In this document: one piece after another, positions 7,440-17,160 of the stretch
Layout of the letters: every line of letters begins with the position of its first letter
Position numbering within the stretch: position 1 is the stretch's first letter
NCBI GenBank assembly: GCA_016844925.1
Contig: JAERTI010000038.1
Location: 130,936-194,935 of the forward strand
Source of the DNA: Candidatus Uhrbacteria bacterium
Lineage (GTDB): Bacteria > Patescibacteriota > Patescibacteriia > UBA9934 > GWF2-40-263
DNA: 64,000 nt
Direction: 5' to 3'
Position numbers and translations under genes: made by a program
Notes under the pieces: generated by a model
What the model was told of the DNA's origin: nothing
What the model saw: the letters and a program-made list of their open reading frames with translations, nothing else
Databases searched by the model: none

Positions 7440-9994
7440 TGTATCTCTTTCAATTCGGTCTAACACCAGAGCCCGAGCCAGTACGTGTGGTGGCCCAGGG
7501 GGATCTTTTTATTCCTACGTTGATTTTGGCCGGTGTAGCAGCGTTGCTGATACTCATCGCACTGTTGTTCGTCGCGCGATTCTTTATTCGACGCATGTCA
7601 ATTGCCAAGCAAGGAACATTTCGTCGAGTGACACTGCTTATTACGTTGCCGAAGTTTAAGCGAGTTGAGGAAAGTGAACGTGGTCCATCGAAAGATGCGG
7701 TGCAGGAAGCAATTGCTGCCGCTGAGACCTTTTATTCTGCCATTGGTGGTTTGAAGGCTGAACGTGGACTTAAGGCTTGGCTCTACGGACGTCGTGACGA
7801 AATTTCTTTTGAGATTGTTGCCGAGGATAAGCTCGTGAAGTTTTATATTACGGTGCCTGTTGAAATGAGGGAGTTTATTGAGCAGCAACTTTCAGCGGCT
7901 TACTCAGACGCTTACACAGAAGAGGTTGAGGATTACAATTTGTTCCAGCCAGATGGTGTAATTCTCGGAAGCCATTTGATTTTGAAGCGTCAGCACGCAT
8001 TTCCCATTAAGACGTACAAGCAGCTCGACAAAGACCCCCTTAACGCTATTACAAACGTTCTTTCTCAAGTTCCAGATGGTGAAGGGGCGGCGTTTCAGTT
8101 TATTGTTCGATCAAGTTATGCCAAGTGGCGAAAAAAAGGAGTGACTATTGCGAGCAATATGCAACAGGGCATGAAGCTTGAGGATGCTATCCGCGGAAAG
8201 AAAGGAAAGAAAACGAACTGGTGGGAATTAGCAGGTTTTGGGAGTGGGTCGCAGCCTGAGCCAGAGAAGGACCACAGGCTCTCTCCACAAGAAGAACAGA
8301 TTGTAAAAGGAATCGAGGAAAAGGCGAGTAAGGCTGGTATGGATGTCTGTATTCGTCTTGTGGTTGCATCTAAACGTGCCAGTAGTGCTGAGACACTCAT
8401 GCGCAACATGCTTAACGCGTTTGCGCAGTTCAATATTTATCAGTACGGAAACTCGTTCGACAAAGTTGTTCCACGATCGAAGAAAAAAATCATCACGAAC
8501 TTTATCTATCGTTCTTTTGATGAGAGTCGCCGTTTGGTCTTGAACACGGAGGAGATGGCGAGTTTGTGGCACTTGCCGCTTCCGTGGACCGAGACGCCGA
8601 ATATTAAGTGGCTTGGTGCACGTAAGGGGCCTGCACCAGCGGAAGTTCCTGGGCCGGAGCCAGGAGCCTTGCACATGGGTTACAACAACTATCGTGGCGT
8701 GAAGACGGATATTTACATGAAGGGCAAGGACCGTTCCCGTCATATGTACCTTATTGGTAAGTCTGGTTCTGGTAAGTCGCAAACCATGGCGAAGTACATC
8801 ATTGATGATATTAAAAACGGACATGGTGTTGCTCTTGTAGAACCTCATGGGGACCTTGTTGAGCAGGTGCTTGGAAATATTCCAAAGGAGCGCATTGATG
8901 ATGTGATCGTGTTTAATCCGTCTGATTTGGAGCGACCGATGGGATTGAACATGCTTGAGGCACCAAATGCCGACATGCGTGACTTTGCGGTGCAGGAAAT
9001 GATCTCGATCTTCTATAAGCTGTTCCCACCAGAAATGATCGGTCCGATGTTTGAGCACCAGATGCGTAACTTCATGCTCACACTGATGGCTGATTTGGAT
9101 AACCCTGGAACTATTGCGGAGATTCCTCGCATGGTGACAGACCAAAAGTTCCAAGATAAGTGGCGCGCAAAGCTGACGGATCCTGTGGTGAAAAGTTTCT
9201 GGGAGGATGAAATCGATAACACCAGCGATTATCACAAGTCAGAGATGATGGGGTACCTGGTGTCTAAGGTAGGTCGCTTTGTGGAGAACGAGATGATGCG
9301 AAACATCATTGGTCAGTCCAAGAGTAGTTTCGATTTCCGTGAGATCATGGACAACAAGAAGATTCTTTTGGTGAACTTGTCCAAAGGTAAGACGGGTGAT
9401 GTGAACGCTGAGCTTCTTGGTTTGGTGATTGTGTCGAAACTCCAGATGGCGGCACTTACTCGAGCGGACATTCCTGAGGAAGATCGTCATGACTTCTTCC
9501 TGTATATTGATGAGTTCCAAAACTTTATTACCGATTCCATTGCCGTGATTCTTTCTGAGGCACGTAAGTACCGACTAAACCTGGTTATTGCCCACCAGTA
9601 CATCGGACAATTGGTGAAGAATGGCGATGCCACCATTAAGGAGGCGGTATTTGGTAACGTTGGTACAACATTTGTGGCGCGTATTGGTCCTGAGGATGTG
9701 GAGACGCTTGAGAGGATTTATACGCCAAACTTTACAGGGTACGATTTGATCAACTCGGACAAATACACCTGGTACGTTAAAATGATCGCAGACAACTCTC
9801 AGCTCAAGCCGTTTACCATGAACCTGACTCCGGCTGGTGATGGCGATCCTGAGCTTGCTGACGCGATTAAGCAGTTATCACGTCTCAAATACGGACGTGA
9901 CCGCGCGATTGTGTCTGAGGAGATCATTGAAAGAACACAAGTAAGTAAGACAGGCGCTAAAGAAGCGGCTCCTATGGGGGGCTTGAACAAATAA
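7436..9994 (+). CDS. conjugation/type IV secretion-type P-loop ATPase (VirD4/TraG-TraD- or VirB4-like, DUF87-like) with N-terminal TM helix
   Basis: N-terminal TM helix (LILAGVAALLILIALLFVARFF). Walker A motif YLIGKSGSGKSQT. Walker B motif FFLYIDEFQNF. The downstream motif RKYRLNLVIAHQYIGQL is typical of T4SS coupling/VirB4-type ATPases. The protein is 852 aa. Confidence 0.7.
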   Translation: MMYLFQFGLTPEPEPVRVVAQGDLFIPTLILAGVAALLILIALLFVARFFIRRMSIAKQGTFRRVTLLITLPKFKRVEESERGPSKDAVQEAIAAAETFYSAIGGLKAERGLKAWLYGRRDEISFEIVAEDKLVKFYITVPVEMREFIEQQLSAAYSDAYTEEVEDYNLFQPDGVILGSHLILKRQHAFPIKTYKQLDKDPLNAITNVLSQVPDGEGAAFQFIVRSSYAKWRKKGVTIASNMQQGMKLEDAIRGKKGKKTNWWELAGFGSGSQPEPEKDHRLSPQEEQIVKGIEEKASKAGMDVCIRLVVASKRASSAETLMRNMLNAFAQFNIYQYGNSFDKVVPRSKKKIITNFIYRSFDESRRLVLNTEEMASLWHLPLPWTETPNIKWLGARKGPAPAEVPGPEPGALHMGYNNYRGVKTDIYMKGKDRSRHMYLIGKSGSGKSQTMAKYIIDDIKNGHGVALVEPHGDLVEQVLGNIPKERIDDVIVFNPSDLERPMGLNMLEAPNADMRDFAVQEMISIFYKLFPPEMIGPMFEHQMRNFMLTLMADLDNPGTIAEIPRMVTDQKFQDKWRAKLTDPVVKSFWEDEIDNTSDYHKSEMMGYLVSKVGRFVENEMMRNIIGQSKSSFDFREIMDNKKILLVNLSKGKTGDVNAELLGLVIVSKLQMAALTRADIPEEDRHDFFLYIDEFQNFITDSIAVILSEARKYRLNLVIAHQYIGQLVKNGDATIKEAVFGNVGTTFVARIGPEDVETLERIYTPNFTGYDLINSDKYTWYVKMIADNSQLKPFTMNLTPAGDGDPELADAIKQLSRLKYGRDRAIVSEEIIERTQVSKTGAKEAAPMGGLNK

Positions 9995-9996
9995 TT

Positions 9997-10611
9997 ATGG
10001 AACTGTTTGTTGAAGAAGAACAATTTGAGCTCGAGCCAGATGTTGAGGAGCACGCCAACGTCATGGAGGTTGGTAATGAGCGAGATCGACTTGCTGTGCA
10101 GATGCTTAAGCAGGTGAGAGATTCTATTACGCACGTCATTCACTTACTCGAAGAAGGAGATACGGCAAGGGCCACTCGCCACATGGTTGATTTTGTCTCG
10201 AGGCGTAAGGCGGTTGAAGGAGAGTTGGAGATGACGACGGGATCGCGTGTGCTTGAAGGAGTCTTCGATGGACAGTCGATGGTTGGTGGTGATGGAGCAC
10301 GCTATGCGGTGCCGGAGAACTACGCTTCCAAGTCGAAGTTGGTTGAAGGGGACATGCTCAAGCTGCTAATCAAGCCCGATGGAGGTTATTTGTACAAGCA
10401 GATTGGGCCTGTGGAGCGTACGCGTATCGCAGGGAAACTTTCGATTGATTCATCCACACAAGAGCCAGTTGTTGTCTGTGGTGATGACGTGTATAAAGTG
10501 CTTGCAGCAAGCGTCTCTTACTTTAAGGGGATCCCTGGCGATGAGGTGGTTGTGGTTGTGCCAGCGGGTGGAAAATGTGTTTGGGCTGCCGTTGAAAAAG
10601 TACATAATTAG
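9997..10611 (+). CDS. hypothetical protein
   Basis: It starts 3 nt after the ATPase stop. It is acidic and has no known motif. Confidence 0.5.
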   Translation: MELFVEEEQFELEPDVEEHANVMEVGNERDRLAVQMLKQVRDSITHVIHLLEEGDTARATRHMVDFVSRRKAVEGELEMTTGSRVLEGVFDGQSMVGGDGARYAVPENYASKSKLVEGDMLKLLIKPDGGYLYKQIGPVERTRIAGKLSIDSSTQEPVVVCGDDVYKVLAASVSYFKGIPGDEVVVVVPAGGKCVWAAVEKVHN

Positions 10612-10635
10612 CATGGGGGAATAGATGAAGGCATT

Positions 10636-12186
10636 ATGAGCAAAGCGATCTATCGCACCTACAGACCATCGACATTTAAGGAGGTGAGCGGGCAAGAGCA
10701 TGTGGTTCGGACGATTCAGAACCAACATGCCAGTGAGTCCTTGGCTCACGCTTATTTGTTTACTGGGCCACGTGGGGTAGGGAAGACTACTACCGCTCGT
10801 TTGATTGCCAAGTTGGTGAACTGTGAGAAACCAGAGGGCAATGAGCCTTGCAACAGCTGTGGTCCTTGTGAGCAAGTGAATGCAGGTCAGGCCTTGGACG
10901 TCTATGAGATCGATGCAGCGTCTCATACCGGTGTCGATAATGTTCGTGAGACGATTATTGATTCTGTGCGATTTGCGCCGAACCAGTTGAAGCGAAAGGT
11001 GTATATCATCGACGAGGTGCACATGCTCTCCACGTCTGCTTTCAATGCGCTTTTGAAGACACTTGAAGAGCCGCCGGCTCATGCCATGTTTATTTTGGCG
11101 ACAACAGAGATTCACAAAGTGCCTGAGACAATCATTAGTCGCTGCCAGCGTTTCGATTTCAAGCGTATCCCTCAAGGAGAGCTGATCGAACGCATGGAGA
11201 AGATTTTAAAAGAGGAGAAGGTAAAGGTGGCAACGGACGTCCTTGAAGAGATTGCCCGTCATAGCGGTGGATGTGCGCGTGATGCAGAGAGCTTGCTTGG
11301 TCAGGTATTGGCGCTCGGTGAGAAGAACATTGGTATGGAGGAAGCGTCGCTGGTATTGCCAGCTACGCAAAAGGTGCTCATTGAAGAATTTGTCTCAGCC
11401 CTTACTGACCGTGAGGCAAAGAAGGCCATCGAACTATTGAACACATATCTTGAACAGGGAGTAGACCTCCGTCACTTCGTTCAGGATGTGATTCGATATC
11501 TTCGCGATCAGCTCTTGGAAGACATTTCTGCTGGGAATGTCCAGAGTGCGGGTGCGCTACAGGAGACTATCGTGGCGCTTCTTGAAGCACAGCGATCTAT
11601 ACGAGGAGAGCATATCCCGCAGCTTCCGATTGAATTAGCCATTGTGCGTCTGTGTGGTGCGGCAGTGAAACCAGTTGTCACTCAGCAGGTTAAAGAGGTG
11701 GTTTCTCCGCCTACACCGACGGCAACTACGCCTCCGCCGCCAGCACCAGCTCCAGCTCCAGAACCAAAACCTGAGCCAAAGGATGTAGATAAACCCGCGC
11801 CAGCGGATTTTGAGAAGCAGGAGGTTGCTTCGGTGCGTTCCGATGAAACCGTGTTCGATACAGTTCCAGTGATCAGTTTAGATGACGTGAAAAACAAGTG
11901 GCCTCAAGTGTACGATCAAATCAAGTCGTGTAACGCCTCACTGCCGCTGATGATGAAAGAATGTGAGGTTAGTGGAATTGACGGAGAGCGACTGGAGCTT
12001 GGTTTTGAGTACGATCTGTATGTACAGACAGTAAATCAAGAAAAGAATCGAACGATGATTGAGGGGATCCTCGAACAGGTGCTTGGAAAGCGTATGAAGA
12101 TTAAGGCGGTGTCATCTAAGGGGGGCGCCAATCAGGATGACACGGTGAACACGTTACTTCAGGAGTTTGGTGGAAGTGTTGTTTAA
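10636..12186 (+). CDS. dnaX: DNA polymerase III subunit gamma/tau
   Basis: YRTYRPSTFKEVSGQEHV...LFTGPRGVGKTTTARLIAKLVNCE...CNSCGPCE (zinc module)...IIDEVHMLS...SRCQRFDFKRI. This is the canonical clamp-loader AAA+ signature. Confidence 0.92.
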   Translation: MSKAIYRTYRPSTFKEVSGQEHVVRTIQNQHASESLAHAYLFTGPRGVGKTTTARLIAKLVNCEKPEGNEPCNSCGPCEQVNAGQALDVYEIDAASHTGVDNVRETIIDSVRFAPNQLKRKVYIIDEVHMLSTSAFNALLKTLEEPPAHAMFILATTEIHKVPETIISRCQRFDFKRIPQGELIERMEKILKEEKVKVATDVLEEIARHSGGCARDAESLLGQVLALGEKNIGMEEASLVLPATQKVLIEEFVSALTDREAKKAIELLNTYLEQGVDLRHFVQDVIRYLRDQLLEDISAGNVQSAGALQETIVALLEAQRSIRGEHIPQLPIELAIVRLCGAAVKPVVTQQVKEVVSPPTPTATTPPPPAPAPAPEPKPEPKDVDKPAPADFEKQEVASVRSDETVFDTVPVISLDDVKNKWPQVYDQIKSCNASLPLMMKECEVSGIDGERLELGFEYDLYVQTVNQEKNRTMIEGILEQVLGKRMKIKAVSSKGGANQDDTVNTLLQEFGGSVV

Positions 12187-12393
12187 AAAAAGGCGCCCGC
12201 AAGGATCCGTTGACGCTCGAATTCGCTCATGTTATCCTGCTGGCGCAACGATTCGAATAGCCTATTGTGTCTGGTCGTTTTGTGCACATTCCCGGAAGTG
12301 ACAGCTGACGATACAGTCACATCCGGTCGTTCCGTTCGGCAGTGAAGAAAGAGCTGGCACCATGACAGCTTTTTCTTCACTGCCTCACTACAC

Positions 12394-12467
12394 TCCCGGA
12401 TCGTCTAATGGCAGGACGAGTGGTTCTGGTCCACTAAATCGGGGTTCGAATCCCTGTCCGGGAACCA
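12394..12467 (+). tRNA. tRNA-Gln (anticodon CUG)
   Basis: Manual fold of a 74-nt sequence. Acceptor TCCCGGA/TCCGGGA. D-stem GTCT/GGAC with GG in the loop. Anticodon stem AGTGG/CCACT with loop TTCTGGT, giving anticodon CTG. T-arm CGGGG-TTCGAAT-CCCTG. Discriminator A plus an encoded CCA. Confidence 0.8.
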
Positions 12468-12509
12468 AGAAAGAACTGATGTAGTAGCATCGGTTTTTTC
12501 TTTTGCCCT
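12442..12509 (+). repeat. attL-type direct repeat: tRNA-Gln 3' end (T-arm to CCA) plus the downstream terminator-like hairpin
   Basis: gggttcgaatccctgtccgggaaccaagaaa matches 21787-21817 perfectly (31 nt). The following ~35 nt (hairpin catcggttttttctttt) are near-identical to 21818-21849. Confidence 0.75.
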
Positions 12510-12518
12510 AGTCATAAA

Positions 12519-13667
12519 CTAGGCTTCGAACGCATTATCTGAACCAGAACGTGGAGCATAGACATTTTGTGATGTGTCCGTATTGTGTCCAAAGGTGACC
12601 CATTCGCACTCTAATGTCATCACGGCTTGTCGCGCTGTTTCGTCTGCCACATGAGCATATCGTTCCGTCATTTTAATGGAACTGTGACCCATGAGCTTCT
12701 GCACCACACGCGTCGGAATCCCTTTTGCTGTTAGATCGGTCCCAAAGGTGTGGCGCAGTGTGTGCCAGCCAATTTTTCGCAACCCAACACGCTTGCAAGT
12801 ACGTGCCAATGCCTCTGACGACGCAGATCGACTCAAGGCCCCGCCATTTGCAGGACTTGTAAACACGAGCGACCCGTTATTAACGAGTTGCCACGTCGTT
12901 AGCGCTTGGTGTAGCGACGGTGTCATGTGGGCATATCGCACCTGATTGGTTTTAGTAGACTCAATCTTCTTGCCGGCTTTGTTTCGCCGAATACAGATAT
13001 GACCAGTTTCCAAATCAACGTCTTCCCAATGCAGAGCTAGTAGCTCCCCAATGCGCATTCCTGTGCGTACTGCCATAAGAGCCATGAGATTCCACCTCGG
13101 TTCTTTCTCGTCTGAAAGCAGCTTCTTGATCTCACTCTCTTTGAGGAAGTCAATCTTCGGCGCCTGCGATTTCAACCATTGCACGCTGGGAAGTTTCTTA
13201 ATATAGCCCCACTCATGTGCGCATTTAAGAACCTTGTTTAGAACGCTCAAATGATTATTGATCGTCTTGGCACCAATAGGCTTGCCGCGGAACGTCTTAC
13301 TTTTCTGACCACCCTTGAATCGCTCGATGGTTTGCGTAGTAACATCTCCTAACTTCAATTTCCCGAAGAATGGCACAAGGTGATTGTTTAGGATTGCCGC
13401 CTTACGCTTCACCTCTGATGACTTGTTATTCGTCCGTACATACGTTTCTGTCCACTCAGTCGCAAAGTCAACAAAGAGCGTGTCGCTTTTGTCTTCTTCT
13501 GGTTTCTTCGCGTAGGGCGACCCTGTGCGTAGATAGTTTTCCGTCATGATGCGCTCGATCGCTAGCGCACCCTTCTTGGTTCCATCCGGCGAAACTTTAC
13601 GAAACCTATCGCGTCCAAGACGTATGTCGGCATGCCATTTTCCTCGAATGATATTTGCCATACTCAT
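12519..13667 (-). CDS. int: tyrosine-type site-specific integrase
   Basis: The C-terminal catalytic region has R...HTLRHTFGTDL...MGHSSIKMTERYAHV (the R-H-R-Y tetrad). It is adjacent to a tRNA. Confidence 0.9.
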   Translation of the reverse strand: MSMANIIRGKWHADIRLGRDRFRKVSPDGTKKGALAIERIMTENYLRTGSPYAKKPEEDKSDTLFVDFATEWTETYVRTNNKSSEVKRKAAILNNHLVPFFGKLKLGDVTTQTIERFKGGQKSKTFRGKPIGAKTINNHLSVLNKVLKCAHEWGYIKKLPSVQWLKSQAPKIDFLKESEIKKLLSDEKEPRWNLMALMAVRTGMRIGELLALHWEDVDLETGHICIRRNKAGKKIESTKTNQVRYAHMTPSLHQALTTWQLVNNGSLVFTSPANGGALSRSASSEALARTCKRVGLRKIGWHTLRHTFGTDLTAKGIPTRVVQKLMGHSSIKMTERYAHVADETARQAVMTLECEWVTFGHNTDTSQNVYAPRSGSDNAFEA

Positions 13668-13879
13668 ACTTCTGTTATCGCTTCAAAGCTCGATTCATCC
13701 AAGAATCGTGCCACGTCCGATTCACGGATCCTCAAAAGGCCACGGATCTTGCAGAACCGAATCTGTCTGTCATCTATCATCCGGTAGACAGTCTGCCGTG
13801 AAACCCCTAGAAGTTTTGCCACAGCTATCGGATCCAGTAATCGTTCGATGACGCTAGATTGTTGCCTTGAAGCGTCCAT
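13664..13879 (-). CDS. xis: excisionase/AlpA-family helix-turn-helix DNA-binding protein
   Basis: LLDPIAVAKLLGVSRQTVYRMIDDRQIRFCKIRGLLRIRESDV is an excisionase-family HTH. Its stop overlaps the integrase start. The internal ATG at 13879 was chosen (72 aa); the ORF track gives 13948. Confidence 0.7.
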   Translation of the reverse strand: MDASRQQSSVIERLLDPIAVAKLLGVSRQTVYRMIDDRQIRFCKIRGLLRIRESDVARFLDESSFEAITEV

Positions 13880-13964
13880 ATTTAATTGTGAATGAGCAGG
13901 TCCGAGTGAAAGTATGTTGGTATGCCATACCTTCATTGGGCTACTCAATTATGCGGTCAGTTTG

Positions 13965-14507
13965 CTAATTTTCAAAATGATTTAGGTTTCTGAAGTTGGG
14001 AGCTAGTCGCTGTTGTCGTTGTAGGAGTCTCCGATAGCGTTTCGTTGGTCGCCCGTGCCAGTATTTGATCCTCAGACTTTCAATGATGTGCAACACACGG
14101 TCATAAGTACAAAATCCTTCAAAGGCTCCGACCAGTCCGCTGCGTGGTAGACGCTGTGAGCGATATGCAAGGCCGTAACACTCTCTGCATCCAAAGTACT
14201 CTCCTACGAGATACAGAACGGCACAGCGGCGCTTACACGGCCTTCCTCTAATGACAAGTGGGCAAATGAACCAGTAGCGCTGGCCGCCAAAGAAACAAGG
14301 GGTTGATGTGAGTTTAACTGGATAGTTCTGTGGTCCATGCCGAAACCTTGCATGTCCGTTGTTTGCATCAACAGATACTTTTGCCTCCAGTCCCTGTGAC
14401 CATCGGATACCACCACTCTTTGCTACTGGTTCGAAGTATCCATACTCACGTAGGTCAAATACACTCAGGTTTTCATGTCTTTCGCAGTCTGGTCGGTGCA
14501 TACTCAT
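13965..14507 (-). CDS. Cys-rich hypothetical protein (island-encoded)
   Basis: ORF of 180 aa with several Cys pairs (CPLVIRGRPCKRRC...CRECYGLAYR). No known family recognised. Confidence 0.45.
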   Translation of the reverse strand: MSMHRPDCERHENLSVFDLREYGYFEPVAKSGGIRWSQGLEAKVSVDANNGHARFRHGPQNYPVKLTSTPCFFGGQRYWFICPLVIRGRPCKRRCAVLYLVGEYFGCRECYGLAYRSQRLPRSGLVGAFEGFCTYDRVLHIIESLRIKYWHGRPTKRYRRLLQRQQRLAPNFRNLNHFEN

Positions 14508-14527
14508 TTGCCGAAATCAATAGGAGT

Positions 14528-14845
14528 TCATCTTGTCCTGTGATAATGCTTACATCGCTCTTCATAGCTGAAACATTCTTTTGGAATCCATGCGCGATAG
14601 CCACATTCATGGATACAAGACTCACGAATCGCCTTCTTTCGAATTGTTAAAAACAATCCTTCCTTGTAGCACCATGGACATCGTTGCTTAGTTGATTTAT
14701 TGCGTTTGAAACGAGATTTCTTTTCAAAAGACTTGTTTATCCCTCCTGTGTTGGGGGATTTGTTACTGAGTTGCTTTGTAGAGTTGTTTGTAGACATAGA
14801 ATTAAACCCGAAGTATAGAAAAGCGGTTGCAACAGGATGTCTCAC
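14528..14845 (-). CDS. small zinc-ribbon-like protein (island-encoded)
   Basis: CPWC...CIHEC...C.....C pattern in a basic protein. The start may be the internal Met of MSTNNSTK (14797). Confidence 0.4.
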   Translation of the reverse strand: MRHPVATAFLYFGFNSMSTNNSTKQLSNKSPNTGGINKSFEKKSRFKRNKSTKQRCPWCYKEGLFLTIRKKAIRESCIHECGYRAWIPKECFSYEERCKHYHRTR

Positions 14846-15101
14846 CTATAATCGGATGTTGGGCTATGGCTGCAAGCTCAACTCGTTGTAGAAGATGTCC
14901 CCAAAAGGGGTATCGAGCAGTTTTGCGACATAACGAATACTTGGTCGAACAAAAATCTCCACACCTATTTCGTAGCCCTGTGCCAAGCCACAAAAGAGAT
15001 GCAGAGATCTTTGGCACAGACCCTATTGAAACAAAAAACTATCGTACTGAAACGATAGCATCGCTTTCGGGGGTTTAGTGACAACAGGATTGATCCTGCT
15101 G

Positions 15102-15788
15102 TCACTCAGTCCTTTGGGCTTTCTTAACTTCTTTTTGAAATCGATAGATCATTCTTTTAATCCGTAGTGTCTCTCGTATGAATTCTTCATCTGTTGCATC
15201 ACTAGACACTTCCACCAACTGTGAAAACATGGGTTTCACTTCGTTGCCATCTGCATCAATCATCGTTTTTAACGATTTCCACTTGCAGTAGTAGCGATAA
15301 GCCTCCCCTAAATCTTCCTTGCTAGTAATAGGTTCCATCCAGTCCGAATCAGAGAGTTTTGACATGATCCTGCCAACAACTAGGTATGTATCATTCCAAT
15401 TCTTTTTTGAAACAGGTCCATGAAGTTTAACCGTAACGGTATCGGGTTCTTTAGGTTTTTGAATCACGCGAATGTTACTTGGTGCCGCAATGATTTGATC
15501 ACCAAATTTTACAATCTCCTCTACTGCGCCCCTGAATTGTTCTCCCAACATGTTTTTCTTCATAAAAGACCCAATAGCATCTTTCCAGCCATTAAGACGG
15601 TCAGAAGATTCGCATAGCCAAGTAGTCCATGATTCGATGGCTTCAAGGTCTCGTCTGAGCAGATCACTTGGTATACCAAATTTACGACGCAGCCTATTCA
15701 GGTCCTCGATAGCCCGGTCAGAAGCAAGTAAAATATAAAGTTTATTCCTGTTAATCCGTTTGTCCGCTGGCACAGATTTTTTAGTCAT
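15102..15788 (-). CDS. hypothetical protein (island-encoded)
   Basis: ORF of 228 aa. It is the first gene of the minus-strand int-proximal block, and a divergent promoter region lies upstream (15789-16042). Confidence 0.5.
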   Translation of the reverse strand: MTKKSVPADKRINRNKLYILLASDRAIEDLNRLRRKFGIPSDLLRRDLEAIESWTTWLCESSDRLNGWKDAIGSFMKKNMLGEQFRGAVEEIVKFGDQIIAAPSNIRVIQKPKEPDTVTVKLHGPVSKKNWNDTYLVVGRIMSKLSDSDWMEPITSKEDLGEAYRYYCKWKSLKTMIDADGNEVKPMFSQLVEVSSDATDEEFIRETLRIKRMIYRFQKEVKKAQRTE

Positions 15789-16042
15789 ACTTGTGACAAC
15801 TTAACACAAAGAGATTGATTTTTCAGCAAAATACGGTAGACTGAGTTCACAATTGCCTAAACTCACATTCGTGAGCATGGCACTTAAATCACACGCAAAC
15901 AGAGACGGTCTCGTGGCCGGCACTCATTTGCGTGTGTCCATTCCCGAAAGGGTCTGGGGCGAGCTTCCGAAAGGTTGCCGTCGTCGGTTCACGGGACCTT
16001 TTGTGTTACGTGAATCTCTAATTCAAAAACACACACAAAACT

Positions 16043-16555
16043 ATGTCTGATACAAAAAAGTCCATTTACAAAAAATGGTGGTTCTGGCTTCTAACCGTTT
16101 TCATCTTCTTCATGTTTATCGGAGCGTTTGGCTCTGGACCGGTGGAAACCATCGATACACCGGCAACGGATACGGTACAAGATGATGAGTCGGTAGCGAT
16201 TATCGACACACCACGCATTCTTAGTATGACGATCGACGAGGTCCGCGATGAGCTAGGTATGCCATTGGAAGACTCCTTCATTGACCCGACCTCCGAACAA
16301 ATCTATGACGAATCCATGACATGGATGAATGAATATGAGATTAGCGATTATATGTTCGTCATTGAATGGAATGCGACCTCTAGGAACGTCACAGGCGTGT
16401 TTGTCGCAACAGATGATCCAAGTGGTGCAACCAAGGATTGGGAGGTACTCGTACCGCTTCTAGGACTCCCAGAGGACACATCTGACTACCTTATTGATGC
16501 GGTTGAGGTTATATCCGATCCGAGTCAGTATACGGGAGTAAATGTGAGTCGGTAA
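16043..16555 (+). CDS. membrane-anchored acidic hypothetical protein (island cargo)
   Basis: N-terminal TM helix (WWFWLLTVFIFFMFIGAF) followed by a D/E-rich soluble domain. Confidence 0.5.
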   Translation: MSDTKKSIYKKWWFWLLTVFIFFMFIGAFGSGPVETIDTPATDTVQDDESVAIIDTPRILSMTIDEVRDELGMPLEDSFIDPTSEQIYDESMTWMNEYEISDYMFVIEWNATSRNVTGVFVATDDPSGATKDWEVLVPLLGLPEDTSDYLIDAVEVISDPSQYTGVNVSR

Positions 16556-16612
16556 GCAACACAAAAAACACCTTTATTTTTAGGTGTTTTTTGATTAAAA
16601 TGGACAACGAGA

Positions 16613-17158
16613 TTGTTGATCGGCATGTCATTAGATAAAGATCCAATTTTAGCGGGGCAGCCAAGTATTTCGACCGGTGGTGCGGAGTACGATTTTGTGA
16701 ACCTCTCAGAATCCGTAATCGAAGTTGTGAGTATAAATGTTCAATTGGTATGGGTTATGGGAAGATTTAACAAAAGTACAACCCCAATAAGAGTTATAAA
16801 AAATGCTCAAAACATGTTCCTTAGTGAGGAAATAAAATCACGTGATGAATTTTGGAAGGAGCATTGCGCGGCTTCAATGCGAGAGCTGATGGACAAGCAC
16901 TTTCATCAAAACTGCGCAAGATTTCTCGCCTCCGTACCTAAGAGACAGCACTCGGATGATGCGAGGAAGTTGCATGAAAGATTGAACAAACATAAGGATT
17001 TTCTAAACGATTTTTCTCACTTTAAACATTCTGCGATTGAGCATGCTAAGGTTCTTCTTGGCCGTAACGTAGCGTCATTAGGTGAAGAAGATTTCGATAA
17101 ATTGTGTACCAGCTTCTTGATTGACTTAAGTGACTACTTTAGCTTCAAGAAAAGATAA
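16613..17158 (+). CDS. hypothetical protein (island cargo)
   Basis: ORF of 181 aa (the start may be later). AT-rich. It is 2 nt upstream of the 1013-aa ORF. Confidence 0.45.
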   Translation: MLIGMSLDKDPILAGQPSISTGGAEYDFVNLSESVIEVVSINVQLVWVMGRFNKSTTPIRVIKNAQNMFLSEEIKSRDEFWKEHCAASMRELMDKHFHQNCARFLASVPKRQHSDDARKLHERLNKHKDFLNDFSHFKHSAIEHAKVLLGRNVASLGEEDFDKLCTSFLIDLSDYFSFKKR

Positions 17159-17160
17159 AT

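Noticed and set aside
12187-12393. Possible SRP/4.5S RNA or other ncRNA between dnaX and tRNA-Gln
   Set aside because: There is a long stem (ggcagtgaagaaa...tttcttcactgcc) but no SRP domain IV consensus (GGAA/AGCAG tetraloop motifs in context). More likely it is a dnaX terminator or tRNA leader structure.
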